Below, one piece after another: positions 49,487 to 57,912 of a stretch of DNA of 64,000 nucleotides. The stretch is taken from contig CAWDNU010000004.1 of assembly GCA_963803705.1 (NCBI GenBank), positions 448,001 through 512,000 of the forward strand, given 5' to 3'. The number at the start of each line of letters is the position of its first letter. Within the stretch, counting starts at the first letter, position 1. This DNA is from an uncultured Pseudobdellovibrionaceae bacterium (lineage in GTDB: Bacteria > Bdellovibrionota > Bdellovibrionia > Bdellovibrionales > UBA1609). Both the position numbers and the translations under genes were made by a program. A model generated the notes under the pieces. It worked only from the letters and a program-made list of their open reading frames with translations. It was not told where the DNA came from and made no database searches.

Positions 49487-51847
49487 TTATGGCTGCTTAT
49501 CCCACTGCTCTGTTAAAGACGGTTGTCCTGTTAATTGAAATTCTAGTGGGCTTTTGATCTCGGCAAAGGAAACCTGGTTATCGTATAATAAATCATATAT
49601 CCAATTAAACTTAAGCACTTTCTTTACATACTTTCGAGTCTCCATAAATAAAATGTGCTCGATGAATTCGTCTTGACGTAGATCCCCGAATTGGTTCACC
49701 CACCACTCTGCCCTATGAGGTCCAGCGTTGTAGGCTGCAATTGCAAGTATTTTGTCGCCTGAAAATGTTTTAAGAAGTCTATTTAAATACCTAACGCCCA
49801 AATTTATATTAGTGTCTGGTTCAAATAACTGCTCTGGTCGTAAAGTTTCTTCGTCGCCAAGTAAGATTGAAACTCTACTTGCGGTATGAGGCATAAGTTG
49901 CAGTAAACCTCTTGCCCCTACTCCAGACATAGCGGTCTTAGAATAAAAGCTTTCTGCACGCATTATAGAATACACTAAGTTTTGGGGAACTTTAAATTCG
50001 TCTGCAGAACTAGATACAAAGCTTTTATGAGGCCTTGGGTAGGTTTGAGCCCAAACTTCGAAAGGATCTTCACTACCTTTAACAACTTTGCTTTGCCTTT
50101 CTTTTTTAAAACTTAGAGTCATAATTCTAGAAGCTCTAGGTAGATCATCAATTTGCCTGTAAAGTTTTACCAGCTGCCTCTTTTGAACTTTCGATCTAGA
50201 TTTTTTCTCGAGCCCGTATAGTTCCCAACGAGCATCTTCATAAAAGCCTAATTTTATCAAAAATTTAAACCTTTTTAAATCGTTTTTGTATCTATCATGT
50301 TCAAAAACAGAACTTAGCTCATCTTCTTGCGCTTGGGTTAAATACGAGTCTGTCTCTGGGTTAAAGTTATCTCTTAAAACGTAATTTCTTGAATCCTCAG
50401 AGTCAGAAGAACTTGCGCCAGTTCTTATATTTCCCTGAAGCCAAGGCACACTTAGTGAAGACAGCAGTCTTTCATTTAGTTTAGATTTTTTTGCTTTAGG
50501 TAAAACCTCTTGAAGGTAAGCTGAGGATAAAAAAGAATAATAATTAAGGCGCTCGCCTGCAATTACCGTTAAAAACATTTCTGCTGCTTTTTCTTGATTT
50601 CCTTGACCCCGATAAGATTGGGCCATCCAGTATCCAATTCTCTCTTTAGAGTAGTGGTCTCTGCTTCGAAGAAACTTTTTTCTTTTAGCGTAGCTGTAAA
50701 TTTCTTCAAAATGGGTCAGCGCTAAGTCGTATTCTTTTTGTAGATAAGCAGTCCAACCTAAATACCACATAACATCCCCTTGATAAGGGTGTCTTGCAAA
50801 AGTTTTTTGGACCAACATCATAGTATCATAAGAAGCTTTGTACTGTCCTAATTCGTAAAGTAAAAAACCTTTTCTAAATACTAATCCCGCTTTAATCCTT
50901 AAATTTTTTTCTAGTGAAATAATTTTATCATAAGATGAAAGCGCCTGATCATGATTTAGCGACCTAGAAGCAACCTTTATGTAAAGTTGAAGAAACTTTC
51001 TGTTGTTAGACTGCACTTTAAAATCTCTACTAAGCTCTTCAAAAGCTTTTACGGGATTTCCCGCTCTTAGCTCGTAATTTGAAAGAAGTTCTAGATAGTC
51101 CATGCGTGGTAAAGAAGTTTTTGCAATTGCAAGAGCTTCTTCTACAGCTTTGTAATCACCAAGAGCAATAAGTTGAGAAATGTGCCTGTACTTAGAGATA
51201 AAGTTTAGTCGGCAGTTGATAGCTTTCTTATCATGGACCCAAGTAGAGTCATCTAAAGTCCAATTATTTGCAGACCGAAAGTTCGGATAGCTTTCAAAAA
51301 TAGATTTGAACCAAAAACACTGCGACTTAGAATTTTGCTTGGTGTCGATAAGAAATAAGCTCCACAAAATTTCTGGGTAATATTCGGTTCGTTTAAACTT
51401 TTTTCTTGAGACTAAAAATAGCTGTCTCGATTGGGGCCACTTGGCTTTAATAAACATGATCTTAGCCATTTCTAACTGTATATTTCTTTGCAAGTTATAC
51501 TGAGGTCGAAACTTCAACGCTTCTTCAAACGCAGCGTAGGCGGCATTATAGTTTTTAAGCTCCACTGCCACTTTACCCAGGTAATAATAAGTGTAAGGAG
51601 CTAGTTCAACTTGAGCTAAGCTTGCAACTAAGTAAGCCTTGGCCTGTGCGAATTCCCTTCGCTCAAAAGACATCACGCCATGGCTAAAATTTGTAAGGTC
51701 ATTATTTTGATCTTGATCATTGCTATTTGCTTCAATTCTTGTGTGTAATTCTGGAACAGCTTTTAACAGTAAAGGAGTCGAAGCGTTAAAGGCGTAGGCA
51801 AATAAGGTGTTAAAAAAAAATGCTAAAAATAACAAAATTATTTTCAC
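49487..51847 (-). CDS. TPR-containing soluble lytic transglycosylase
   Basis: Signal peptide, TPR-like repeats, 'IMRAES', 'GARGLLQLMP', 'AAYNAG', 'ETRKYVKKV'. Confidence 0.92.
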   Translation of the reverse strand: MKIILLFLAFFFNTLFAYAFNASTPLLLKAVPELHTRIEANSNDQDQNNDLTNFSHGVMSFERREFAQAKAYLVASLAQVELAPYTYYYLGKVAVELKNYNAAYAAFEEALKFRPQYNLQRNIQLEMAKIMFIKAKWPQSRQLFLVSRKKFKRTEYYPEILWSLFLIDTKQNSKSQCFWFKSIFESYPNFRSANNWTLDDSTWVHDKKAINCRLNFISKYRHISQLIALGDYKAVEEALAIAKTSLPRMDYLELLSNYELRAGNPVKAFEELSRDFKVQSNNRKFLQLYIKVASRSLNHDQALSSYDKIISLEKNLRIKAGLVFRKGFLLYELGQYKASYDTMMLVQKTFARHPYQGDVMWYLGWTAYLQKEYDLALTHFEEIYSYAKRKKFLRSRDHYSKERIGYWMAQSYRGQGNQEKAAEMFLTVIAGERLNYYSFLSSAYLQEVLPKAKKSKLNERLLSSLSVPWLQGNIRTGASSSDSEDSRNYVLRDNFNPETDSYLTQAQEDELSSVFEHDRYKNDLKRFKFLIKLGFYEDARWELYGLEKKSRSKVQKRQLVKLYRQIDDLPRASRIMTLSFKKERQSKVVKGSEDPFEVWAQTYPRPHKSFVSSSADEFKVPQNLVYSIMRAESFYSKTAMSGVGARGLLQLMPHTASRVSILLGDEETLRPEQLFEPDTNINLGVRYLNRLLKTFSGDKILAIAAYNAGPHRAEWWVNQFGDLRQDEFIEHILFMETRKYVKKVLKFNWIYDLLYDNQVSFAEIKSPLEFQLTGQPSLTEQWDKQP

Positions 51848-51905
51848 AGATAACCTTATTTAAAAAAGCGTTAAACTCTTTACCTTTACTAAAAATTGAA
51901 AAAGG

Positions 51906-53765
51906 CTAAATCGTTTTAGTAAGACTCAACATCCAAGAAAATGGTTGGCGCTGAAACCCCTCGTCCCATATCTTCTTATCGTTAAAAAGGTTATTCAACT
52001 GTAAAGTTATTCGATCAGTTGTATCAAGGTGGTACGAAACCTGAGCCTGACTTTGGACTAGGTTGCCAATTTGTTTGCCTGATGGATTATACATCCCTAA
52101 AAGCCACTTCACATTTATTCCAACATCAAAAATTTGACCTACTATCCGGGTCGCTGCACTGGAACCTAAACCCAACTCTTGCTTAGCCAACCAAGGCAGC
52201 TGACGTAAAGTTTCTTCGGTGTCAAATGACTGTCTAAAAAATGCGTGGGACTGAAATTGTGAAGCGTCTATGTTGTAGCTAAATATAAAACTATTTGAGT
52301 TCAAACGACCTATATTTTCATACTTTGATAAGCCAGTATTTGCCTGAGTAAAGACGACTCGCGAATCTATATTTTCGAAAAAATATTGCAAAGAAATATT
52401 ATGTTTCAAATTCTTACTCTTTAAAACTATGAACGTCTCGGGTCTGATGTAAAATAACTTTTCGCTAGTTAGATTTAAATTCCCAAACTCTGGATCAAAA
52501 AGCTGGAAAAAACTGGGCCGCCTTTGCTTTAACCCTAAATTAATTTTTGCTTTGCCTTTAGCTTTTGCAAAGCTAAAAACATTGGAACCGAAAGTTTGCA
52601 CCAAGCCAAAATTTTGATCAAAGCCATCTAAAATATTTAAGCTTGCACTTGTAGTTCCGACAACTGAACCAAAATTAATTTTTTGATCAAGCTGAACACC
52701 TGATTCGAACTTAGAAAGGCTAAACCTATTTTGATTTCCGCTAACTAACGCCAATTGACTAGTGTCTAAATTTACACTTTGACCATACCAGTAAATGTCC
52801 AGATCAGTTAAAAAAGACTTTCTACTTTTGTAGATGTTGTGAGCTGCTCGAACTTTTGAACGATAGACTCTATAAGCTTCTTTTCTTATTGTGGGATTGG
52901 TTAGATCAGGGTCATTATCTATATCACGATCAATATAAGTATTTTCAAAAAAAAATTCCTGCCGATTCAATAGATATGAAATTCCTAGAAAGTAATTGTT
53001 GTTTTTGAGTTTCGCATTTGGATCGTCGCGAATTAAAAACTCATTGTCGTAATCGTCTATATCGGTTTGTGACAATCGGCTGTGAAATCGTAACTTTATC
53101 ATTTCATTGGCTTTAGTTTGCTTACGCCAGGTAAAAGAAAAGTAGCCTACATGGGCATTGTCAGACTCTAGTCCACCTGAATTTCCATTTGAATTAGAAG
53201 AGGCACTTTGCCCATCGGCAAAAGTGCCGCCCAAGCCGAAGTTAAAGCACTCTTTACTATCACAGATAATTTTTTGCACCGTTAGTAAACCTTGTCCGAA
53301 AGATCCAAAGGCAGAATGTATATAAGATGATTCGTCATCTGTAGTTTCCACCGAAATTATGCCGCCAGCTTGCCTTGAAAAAAGACCAATCGAGTCCTCA
53401 TTAGAAACTTTAAAATCAAGTTTCGGAGTCATTAAAAAGCTTGAAATATCAAAACCTTCAGCTGGCTCAGTTGGATCCGACACTTCAAAACCATCAAGCA
53501 AGAACACTAAGTCTCCGGCTGTGTAATTGTTAAATCTAAGACTGGTTTTTTGCCCTAATGAACCAAGCTTAGGCATAACCAAACCAGGAACAGTTAAGCT
53601 TAAGTTTTCGGGCTGAAGGGGATTAAGGTTATCCACACTTGTCGCTTTTGATTCGAACTGTGGGTATCCGTAAATTTTGACAGATAAATCTTGAGCATAA
53701 GTGGTAGATGTTAAAAAAGTTAGGTAAAGAAAAAGCCATTTTTTCGAATTAAAAAATAAACCCAT
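51906..53765 (-). CDS. TonB-dependent receptor (divergent, BtuB-like plug)
   Basis: Plug motif 'VPGL....GSLGQKTSLR.....VFLLDG.EVSDP', beta-barrel strands, 'NNLFND'. Start moved to the ATG at 53765 because the longer ORF crosses a terminator. Confidence 0.7.
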   Translation of the reverse strand: MGLFFNSKKWLFLYLTFLTSTTYAQDLSVKIYGYPQFESKATSVDNLNPLQPENLSLTVPGLVMPKLGSLGQKTSLRFNNYTAGDLVFLLDGFEVSDPTEPAEGFDISSFLMTPKLDFKVSNEDSIGLFSRQAGGIISVETTDDESSYIHSAFGSFGQGLLTVQKIICDSKECFNFGLGGTFADGQSASSNSNGNSGGLESDNAHVGYFSFTWRKQTKANEMIKLRFHSRLSQTDIDDYDNEFLIRDDPNAKLKNNNYFLGISYLLNRQEFFFENTYIDRDIDNDPDLTNPTIRKEAYRVYRSKVRAAHNIYKSRKSFLTDLDIYWYGQSVNLDTSQLALVSGNQNRFSLSKFESGVQLDQKINFGSVVGTTSASLNILDGFDQNFGLVQTFGSNVFSFAKAKGKAKINLGLKQRRPSFFQLFDPEFGNLNLTSEKLFYIRPETFIVLKSKNLKHNISLQYFFENIDSRVVFTQANTGLSKYENIGRLNSNSFIFSYNIDASQFQSHAFFRQSFDTEETLRQLPWLAKQELGLGSSAATRIVGQIFDVGINVKWLLGMYNPSGKQIGNLVQSQAQVSYHLDTTDRITLQLNNLFNDKKIWDEGFQRQPFSWMLSLTKTI

Positions 53766-53911
53766 CGATAACCCTTGGAAAATACAAAAAAAATTAAGAT
53801 TTTTTAGTAGTAATTTATAAAATATATTAAGATCTAAGAACATTGCAGAAGATAGGTTTTCAGTCACTTCTATTCTTAAATAAGACTTTAAAATTAGGGC
53901 TTTTAAATAAC

Positions 53912-53944
53912 AAAAAACCCCTGTTTTGTTCAAACTGGGGTTTT
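53912..53944 (-). terminator. Intrinsic terminator
   Basis: AAAAAACCCC...GGGGTTTT downstream of the 53979-55061 gene. Confidence 0.7.
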
Positions 53945-53978
53945 CTAATCAAAACTTATTATTTTAAATTTAGTTCAC

Positions 53979-55061
53979 TTACCTTTTAGGTTTAGCTTTA
54001 AACATTGGAACTGACGGGCGACCAACACCATTGGTTGATTCCGTATTGGTGTTGGTAGGCGTTGGCGTCACTGTTTCACCAAAGTAATTTGGATCATAAA
54101 CATTCACGTCAGTCGGCGGAGATGTCGGCTGGCCAGGCATTGGGTCGCACTGAGCGCCTTCGCCTCCACAGTTTACGCCTGTTCCTGGCACCACTGGATC
54201 TCGTCCAACACCGGTGGTTGGTTCAGGAACTTCGCCAGGCTTTTTCTTATTATTTCTTTTGTTCTTTCTCATCATAATAATCAAAAGAAACGCCAGACCC
54301 ATCACACCCGCTATGATCGGCCCCATATTATTCTTATTAAAAAATCCAGTGCCCGCTTTTTTTACAGCAATAGGCATATTAGAACAAATATTAGCTGGTA
54401 AATTACACTGCTTAACTTGATCAGTCTGACACATCTCTTCAGCTGACCTTTTATCGGGGGGATTCTGTTGAAGACTACTTGTAATTGTTTGAGCTAAAAT
54501 ATCGCATTCACCTGAAACCGCTGTGATTGGTGTTTCAGTGATCACAGGGGTAGAAGGTGCAGCCTCCTGGAATTTTCCGGCAAAAGCGCTCTTAAAGCCT
54601 AGCATTTCAAGTAAAGACACATTCTTTCCAGAAAGACCAGCCACTAAAGACAGGATTAATTTGTTACTTACGTTATTGATATTTCGAAATTCATTTTCAT
54701 GAATTCTTATACCGTTGGCATAAAAGACTGTTTTATCTTTTTCCTGAGTAACTCTGATAAAAACTTTTGAATCGCCCACTCTGAAGTACACATAGTTGTT
54801 AGCCACTTTAGCAGCTTGAAACCACTTTCGGCCTTGAGCGCCCTTAGTCTGCTGAAGAGCATTATCGTAAAAACTTACAGGTAAGTCTTTTTCCATCATG
54901 ACAATCAACTTACGTAGGCTTTTCTTCTTTGAAGAACTATTTATATAGTTTTTCACTCGGTTAAAGCTTTGGGTGGAATCAGTTCTGGCTAAAACTGGTG
55001 TGGTTAGCGCCAAACTGTAACTTACAACAACAAGAACTGCATTTTTTATTAGATGTCTCAT
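53979..55061 (-). CDS. Secreted or membrane-anchored hypothetical protein with Pro/Thr-rich tail
   Basis: Signal peptide, four-Cys segment, a single TM followed by a basic stop-transfer, and a low-complexity tail. Confidence 0.7.
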   Translation of the reverse strand: MRHLIKNAVLVVVSYSLALTTPVLARTDSTQSFNRVKNYINSSSKKKSLRKLIVMMEKDLPVSFYDNALQQTKGAQGRKWFQAAKVANNYVYFRVGDSKVFIRVTQEKDKTVFYANGIRIHENEFRNINNVSNKLILSLVAGLSGKNVSLLEMLGFKSAFAGKFQEAAPSTPVITETPITAVSGECDILAQTITSSLQQNPPDKRSAEEMCQTDQVKQCNLPANICSNMPIAVKKAGTGFFNKNNMGPIIAGVMGLAFLLIIMMRKNKRNNKKKPGEVPEPTTGVGRDPVVPGTGVNCGGEGAQCDPMPGQPTSPPTDVNVYDPNYFGETVTPTPTNTNTESTNGVGRPSVPMFKAKPKR

Positions 55062-55068
55062 GTTTAGA

Positions 55069-55096
55069 TTTTCGGCCGTTCAAAAACAAAGCTTTA
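55069..55096 (-). promoter_or_regulatory. Putative sigma28 (FliA) promoter
   Basis: TAAA-N16-GCCGAAAA ending 7 nt before the ATG at 55061. Confidence 0.55.
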
Positions 55097-55168
55097 GCTT
55101 AACAGTGTGTCATTTAGGTCCAGTTTTAAAGTGTTATCAAAATGATGCGTTCTAAGGATGTAGACCAG

Positions 55169-55446
55169 TTTAATTGGTGCTTATTTCTTTTAGGTCTATT
55201 TACTTTAAGTTTTTATCAATCAATGATTCATTTAAGTTTAAAGCTAACTTTGATCCAAAAATGCTCAATCATACATTGGTACGTGGCCTTGCAAAACTAG
55301 GTTCAGGCCTTTTTGGTTCTCATCCATGCAAGACCAAGCGCCAAAGAGCTCGATTTTTGGATCAAAGTTAGCTTTAAACTTAAATGAATCATTGATTGAT
55401 AAAAACTTAAAGTAAATAGACCTAAAAGAAATAAGCACCAATTAAA
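55169..55446. repeat. Long inverted-repeat element D (perfect 94-bp arms, 90-nt core)
   Basis: 55169-55262 is the exact reverse complement of 55353-55446. The right arm overlaps the glpK stop. Confidence 0.97.
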
Positions 55447-56917
55447 TTGATCTCAGGGCAGCGATAGCCCTATCCCATTTTTGCCTTTTTGCATTCGCCC
55501 AGGCTTTCGTCTTAAGTGGCTTGAACTCTTTTTTATTCTTTAAAACTAAGCTCTTTATTTTTTTATCAGACCAAAAACCGACTCCTAAGCCACTCATTAA
55601 AGCCGCTCCTAAGACCGTTGTCTCAATCCATTCAGGGCGGTGAACATTTTTTTGCAATAAGTCTGATTGAAGCTGCATCAATAGCTCATTACTTACCGCT
55701 CCCCCATCTACACTTAATTGCTTTAAGCGCTTGCCAGAGTCCTTCTGCATGGCCTCTAGTATCACGGTATTTTGCATCGCCATTGACTCTAGCGTAGCAT
55801 AAGACAATTCCGCTTGGCCGTCACCGCGGGTCAATCCGAAGAAAGCAGCTTTAACATCCGGATCCCAATAAGGTGCGCCCAAACCTGAAAACGCTGGCAC
55901 ACACAAAACTTCTGAATTTGGATTCGCTTTTAGTGCCAAAGCTTCTACATCCTCAGATTTTTTAAAAAATTTAAGTTGATCCCTTAAAAATTGCACAGCT
56001 GCGCCGCAGATAAAAGCACCGCCTTCCAAAGCATATATAGGAAGTTGACCCTCGATCTGCCAAGCGACAGTTGTCAAAATTTTGTTTTTGGATGACTTTA
56101 ACTGTTCACCAATATTCATTAAAATGAAACTGCCCGTGCCAAAAGTGCATTTTGCTTCGCCGGGCAAAAGAGCTCCTTGACCAAACAAAGCTGCCTGCTG
56201 ATCACCTAGCACTCCATGGATGGGTAGACCATCTGGAAGGTAAGGAAAGTTCTTGGTCACTCCAAACAAAGAGTTAGATTTAAGTATCTTGGGCAAATAA
56301 GATTCATTAATTTTAAAAAATTTAAGTAAGCTTTTATCCCACTCCATAGTCTTTAAATTCATCAATTGAGTTCTAGAAGCATTGGTAACATCTGTCACAA
56401 AACTTTGGCCAGATGTTAGGTGCCAGATTAAAAAAGAGTCGATAGTGCCTAAATAGCTTCCTTTTGTATGCTTGCTGTTTTGGATCAACCACCGCATTTT
56501 ACTACTAGAAAAGTAAGGATCTACTACTAATCCTGTTGTTTTAAAAATCTTGCTAGCCACTTGCTTATTACGTTTTAGCTTTTCAGTGAATTTTGATGTG
56601 CGACGACACTGCCAAACAATTGCGTTGTAATTAGGAACATTGGTTTTAGGATTCCAGCTAACCACTGTTTCTCTTTGATTAGTAATACCTACAGATGCGA
56701 TGTCGTCGACATTTATTAAGCTTTCTTCTAAGGCTTGTTTTAAAGCTGCTTTCACTGACTCTAAAATATCGTTTGGATTGTGCTCAACCCAACCTGGTTT
56801 TGGGTAAATCTGCGAAAATTCAGAATAGCCTTTACCTAACGCCTGCGCTTCAGAATTAAAAACAACAACTGTAGAACCAGTTGTGCCCTGATCTATTGAT
56901 AAAATGTATTTCTTCAT
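55442..56917 (-). CDS. glpK: Glycerol kinase
   Basis: Motifs 'SIDQGTT', 'GITNQRET', 'TDVTNASRT', 'GDQQAALFGQ', 'GLGAPYWD', 'VDGG'. Confidence 0.96.
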   Translation of the reverse strand: MKKYILSIDQGTTGSTVVVFNSEAQALGKGYSEFSQIYPKPGWVEHNPNDILESVKAALKQALEESLINVDDIASVGITNQRETVVSWNPKTNVPNYNAIVWQCRRTSKFTEKLKRNKQVASKIFKTTGLVVDPYFSSSKMRWLIQNSKHTKGSYLGTIDSFLIWHLTSGQSFVTDVTNASRTQLMNLKTMEWDKSLLKFFKINESYLPKILKSNSLFGVTKNFPYLPDGLPIHGVLGDQQAALFGQGALLPGEAKCTFGTGSFILMNIGEQLKSSKNKILTTVAWQIEGQLPIYALEGGAFICGAAVQFLRDQLKFFKKSEDVEALALKANPNSEVLCVPAFSGLGAPYWDPDVKAAFFGLTRGDGQAELSYATLESMAMQNTVILEAMQKDSGKRLKQLSVDGGAVSNELLMQLQSDLLQKNVHRPEWIETTVLGAALMSGLGVGFWSDKKIKSLVLKNKKEFKPLKTKAWANAKRQKWDRAIAALRSI

Positions 56918-56941
56918 GAATTTTATAATAGACTTTAAAGA

Positions 56942-57130
56942 CTAATTATCAATAAGGTCTGCGGCAATTGCATTGATCACTGAAGACCATTTCCGAATCA
57001 CCAGACCTTGCTCATCAGCTGTAGCTCCTTGGCCGATCATTAGACCAATAATTTGCGAGGCAAGCAGGGTAACGACAGTAAGTAGTAAAACGTACTCTAT
57101 GATCAGTTGACCTTCTTGGCCATCTTTCAC
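56942..57130 (-). CDS. Small pilin-like protein (Flp/Tad-type class III signal)
   Basis: 'EG|QLIIEYVLLLTVV' with E/Y at +5/+6 and a hydrophobic helix. Start uncertain (GTG at 57130). Confidence 0.55.
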   Translation of the reverse strand: MKDGQEGQLIIEYVLLLTVVTLLASQIIGLMIGQGATADEQGLVIRKWSSVINAIAADLIDN

Positions 57131-57240
57131 TGATTTTTTAGGTGAATCATCCAAGTGGTCTAAAAAACCTATCTTCGATAAAATGCACTTAATTTCAGGA
57201 CGATTTTGACAACCAGACAAGATCAACCTAACAATGGACA

Positions 57241-57912
57241 ATGCCTTTAGATAAATCACCCTGGAAGACTCCTTTTCGCTTTATGAAATTGGCGGCTATT
57301 TTTCTTATCGGTATTCTGCTTGTCGGAGTTTATATTCAAACCCATCAGCTATCCCTTGATCCAGGCCAAGATGGACTAAACACCAGAACAATCAACAATC
57401 CACAGATTATTGAAGGAAAACAGTCAATAGATAAAAAATATAGCAAAATTACAGATCAAGCTTTTCAATTTCGAATCACCGAGTTTGACAGCTTTAAGCT
57501 TTTGAAAACAGAAGTCCCTAATATTTTAGAACACTTAAATTCAAAACCTCTAATTATTTTTTTCTGGGCTACCTGGTGCAAAAACTGTAAAGCACAAGTA
57601 AATAATCTTAGTGCGTTTAATAAAAGAAATTCAGAAAAATTTAACGTTTTATCTGTAAATATCGAAGAGAAGCCCCACCAGGCTAAAATCAAAAAATACT
57701 GGTTGTCCTTAAAGTCTGGGATACCTCTTGTCATTGATAAAGAGCGAAAGTCAGTTAAGGCCTTCAAGATTGACGTGCTGCCAACTGCTGCTCTTGTTAG
57801 TCCAGCAAGCGATTACTTGATGAAAGTAGACGGTCCCATTGATTGGACCGGCAAAAAGTTTAATAATAAACTAAACAAATATTTTAAGGACCTAAAGCAA
57901 AAAGGAATTTAA
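57241..57912 (+). CDS. TlpA-like thioredoxin (membrane-anchored)
   Basis: 'FFWATWCKNC', cis-Pro loop 'VLPT', N-terminal TM. Alternative ATG at 57283. Confidence 0.85.
   Translation: MPLDKSPWKTPFRFMKLAAIFLIGILLVGVYIQTHQLSLDPGQDGLNTRTINNPQIIEGKQSIDKKYSKITDQAFQFRITEFDSFKLLKTEVPNILEHLNSKPLIIFFWATWCKNCKAQVNNLSAFNKRNSEKFNVLSVNIEEKPHQAKIKKYWLSLKSGIPLVIDKERKSVKAFKIDVLPTAALVSPASDYLMKVDGPIDWTGKKFNNKLNKYFKDLKQKGI

Noticed and set aside
53766..53933. N-terminal extension of the TonB-dependent receptor ORF
   Set aside because: It overlaps the upstream gene's terminator, and the signal peptide begins at the ATG at 53765.
55174..55371. 65-aa ORF inside element D, and ORF 62048-62266
   Set aside because: No RBS or motif. 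One lies within a palindrome and the other starts in a repeat and runs antisense to exbD.
24387..55446. Long inverted-repeat elements as retron msr-msd or ordinary terminators
   Set aside because: There is no reverse transcriptase in the window, and the arms are far longer than terminator stems and enclose structured cores.
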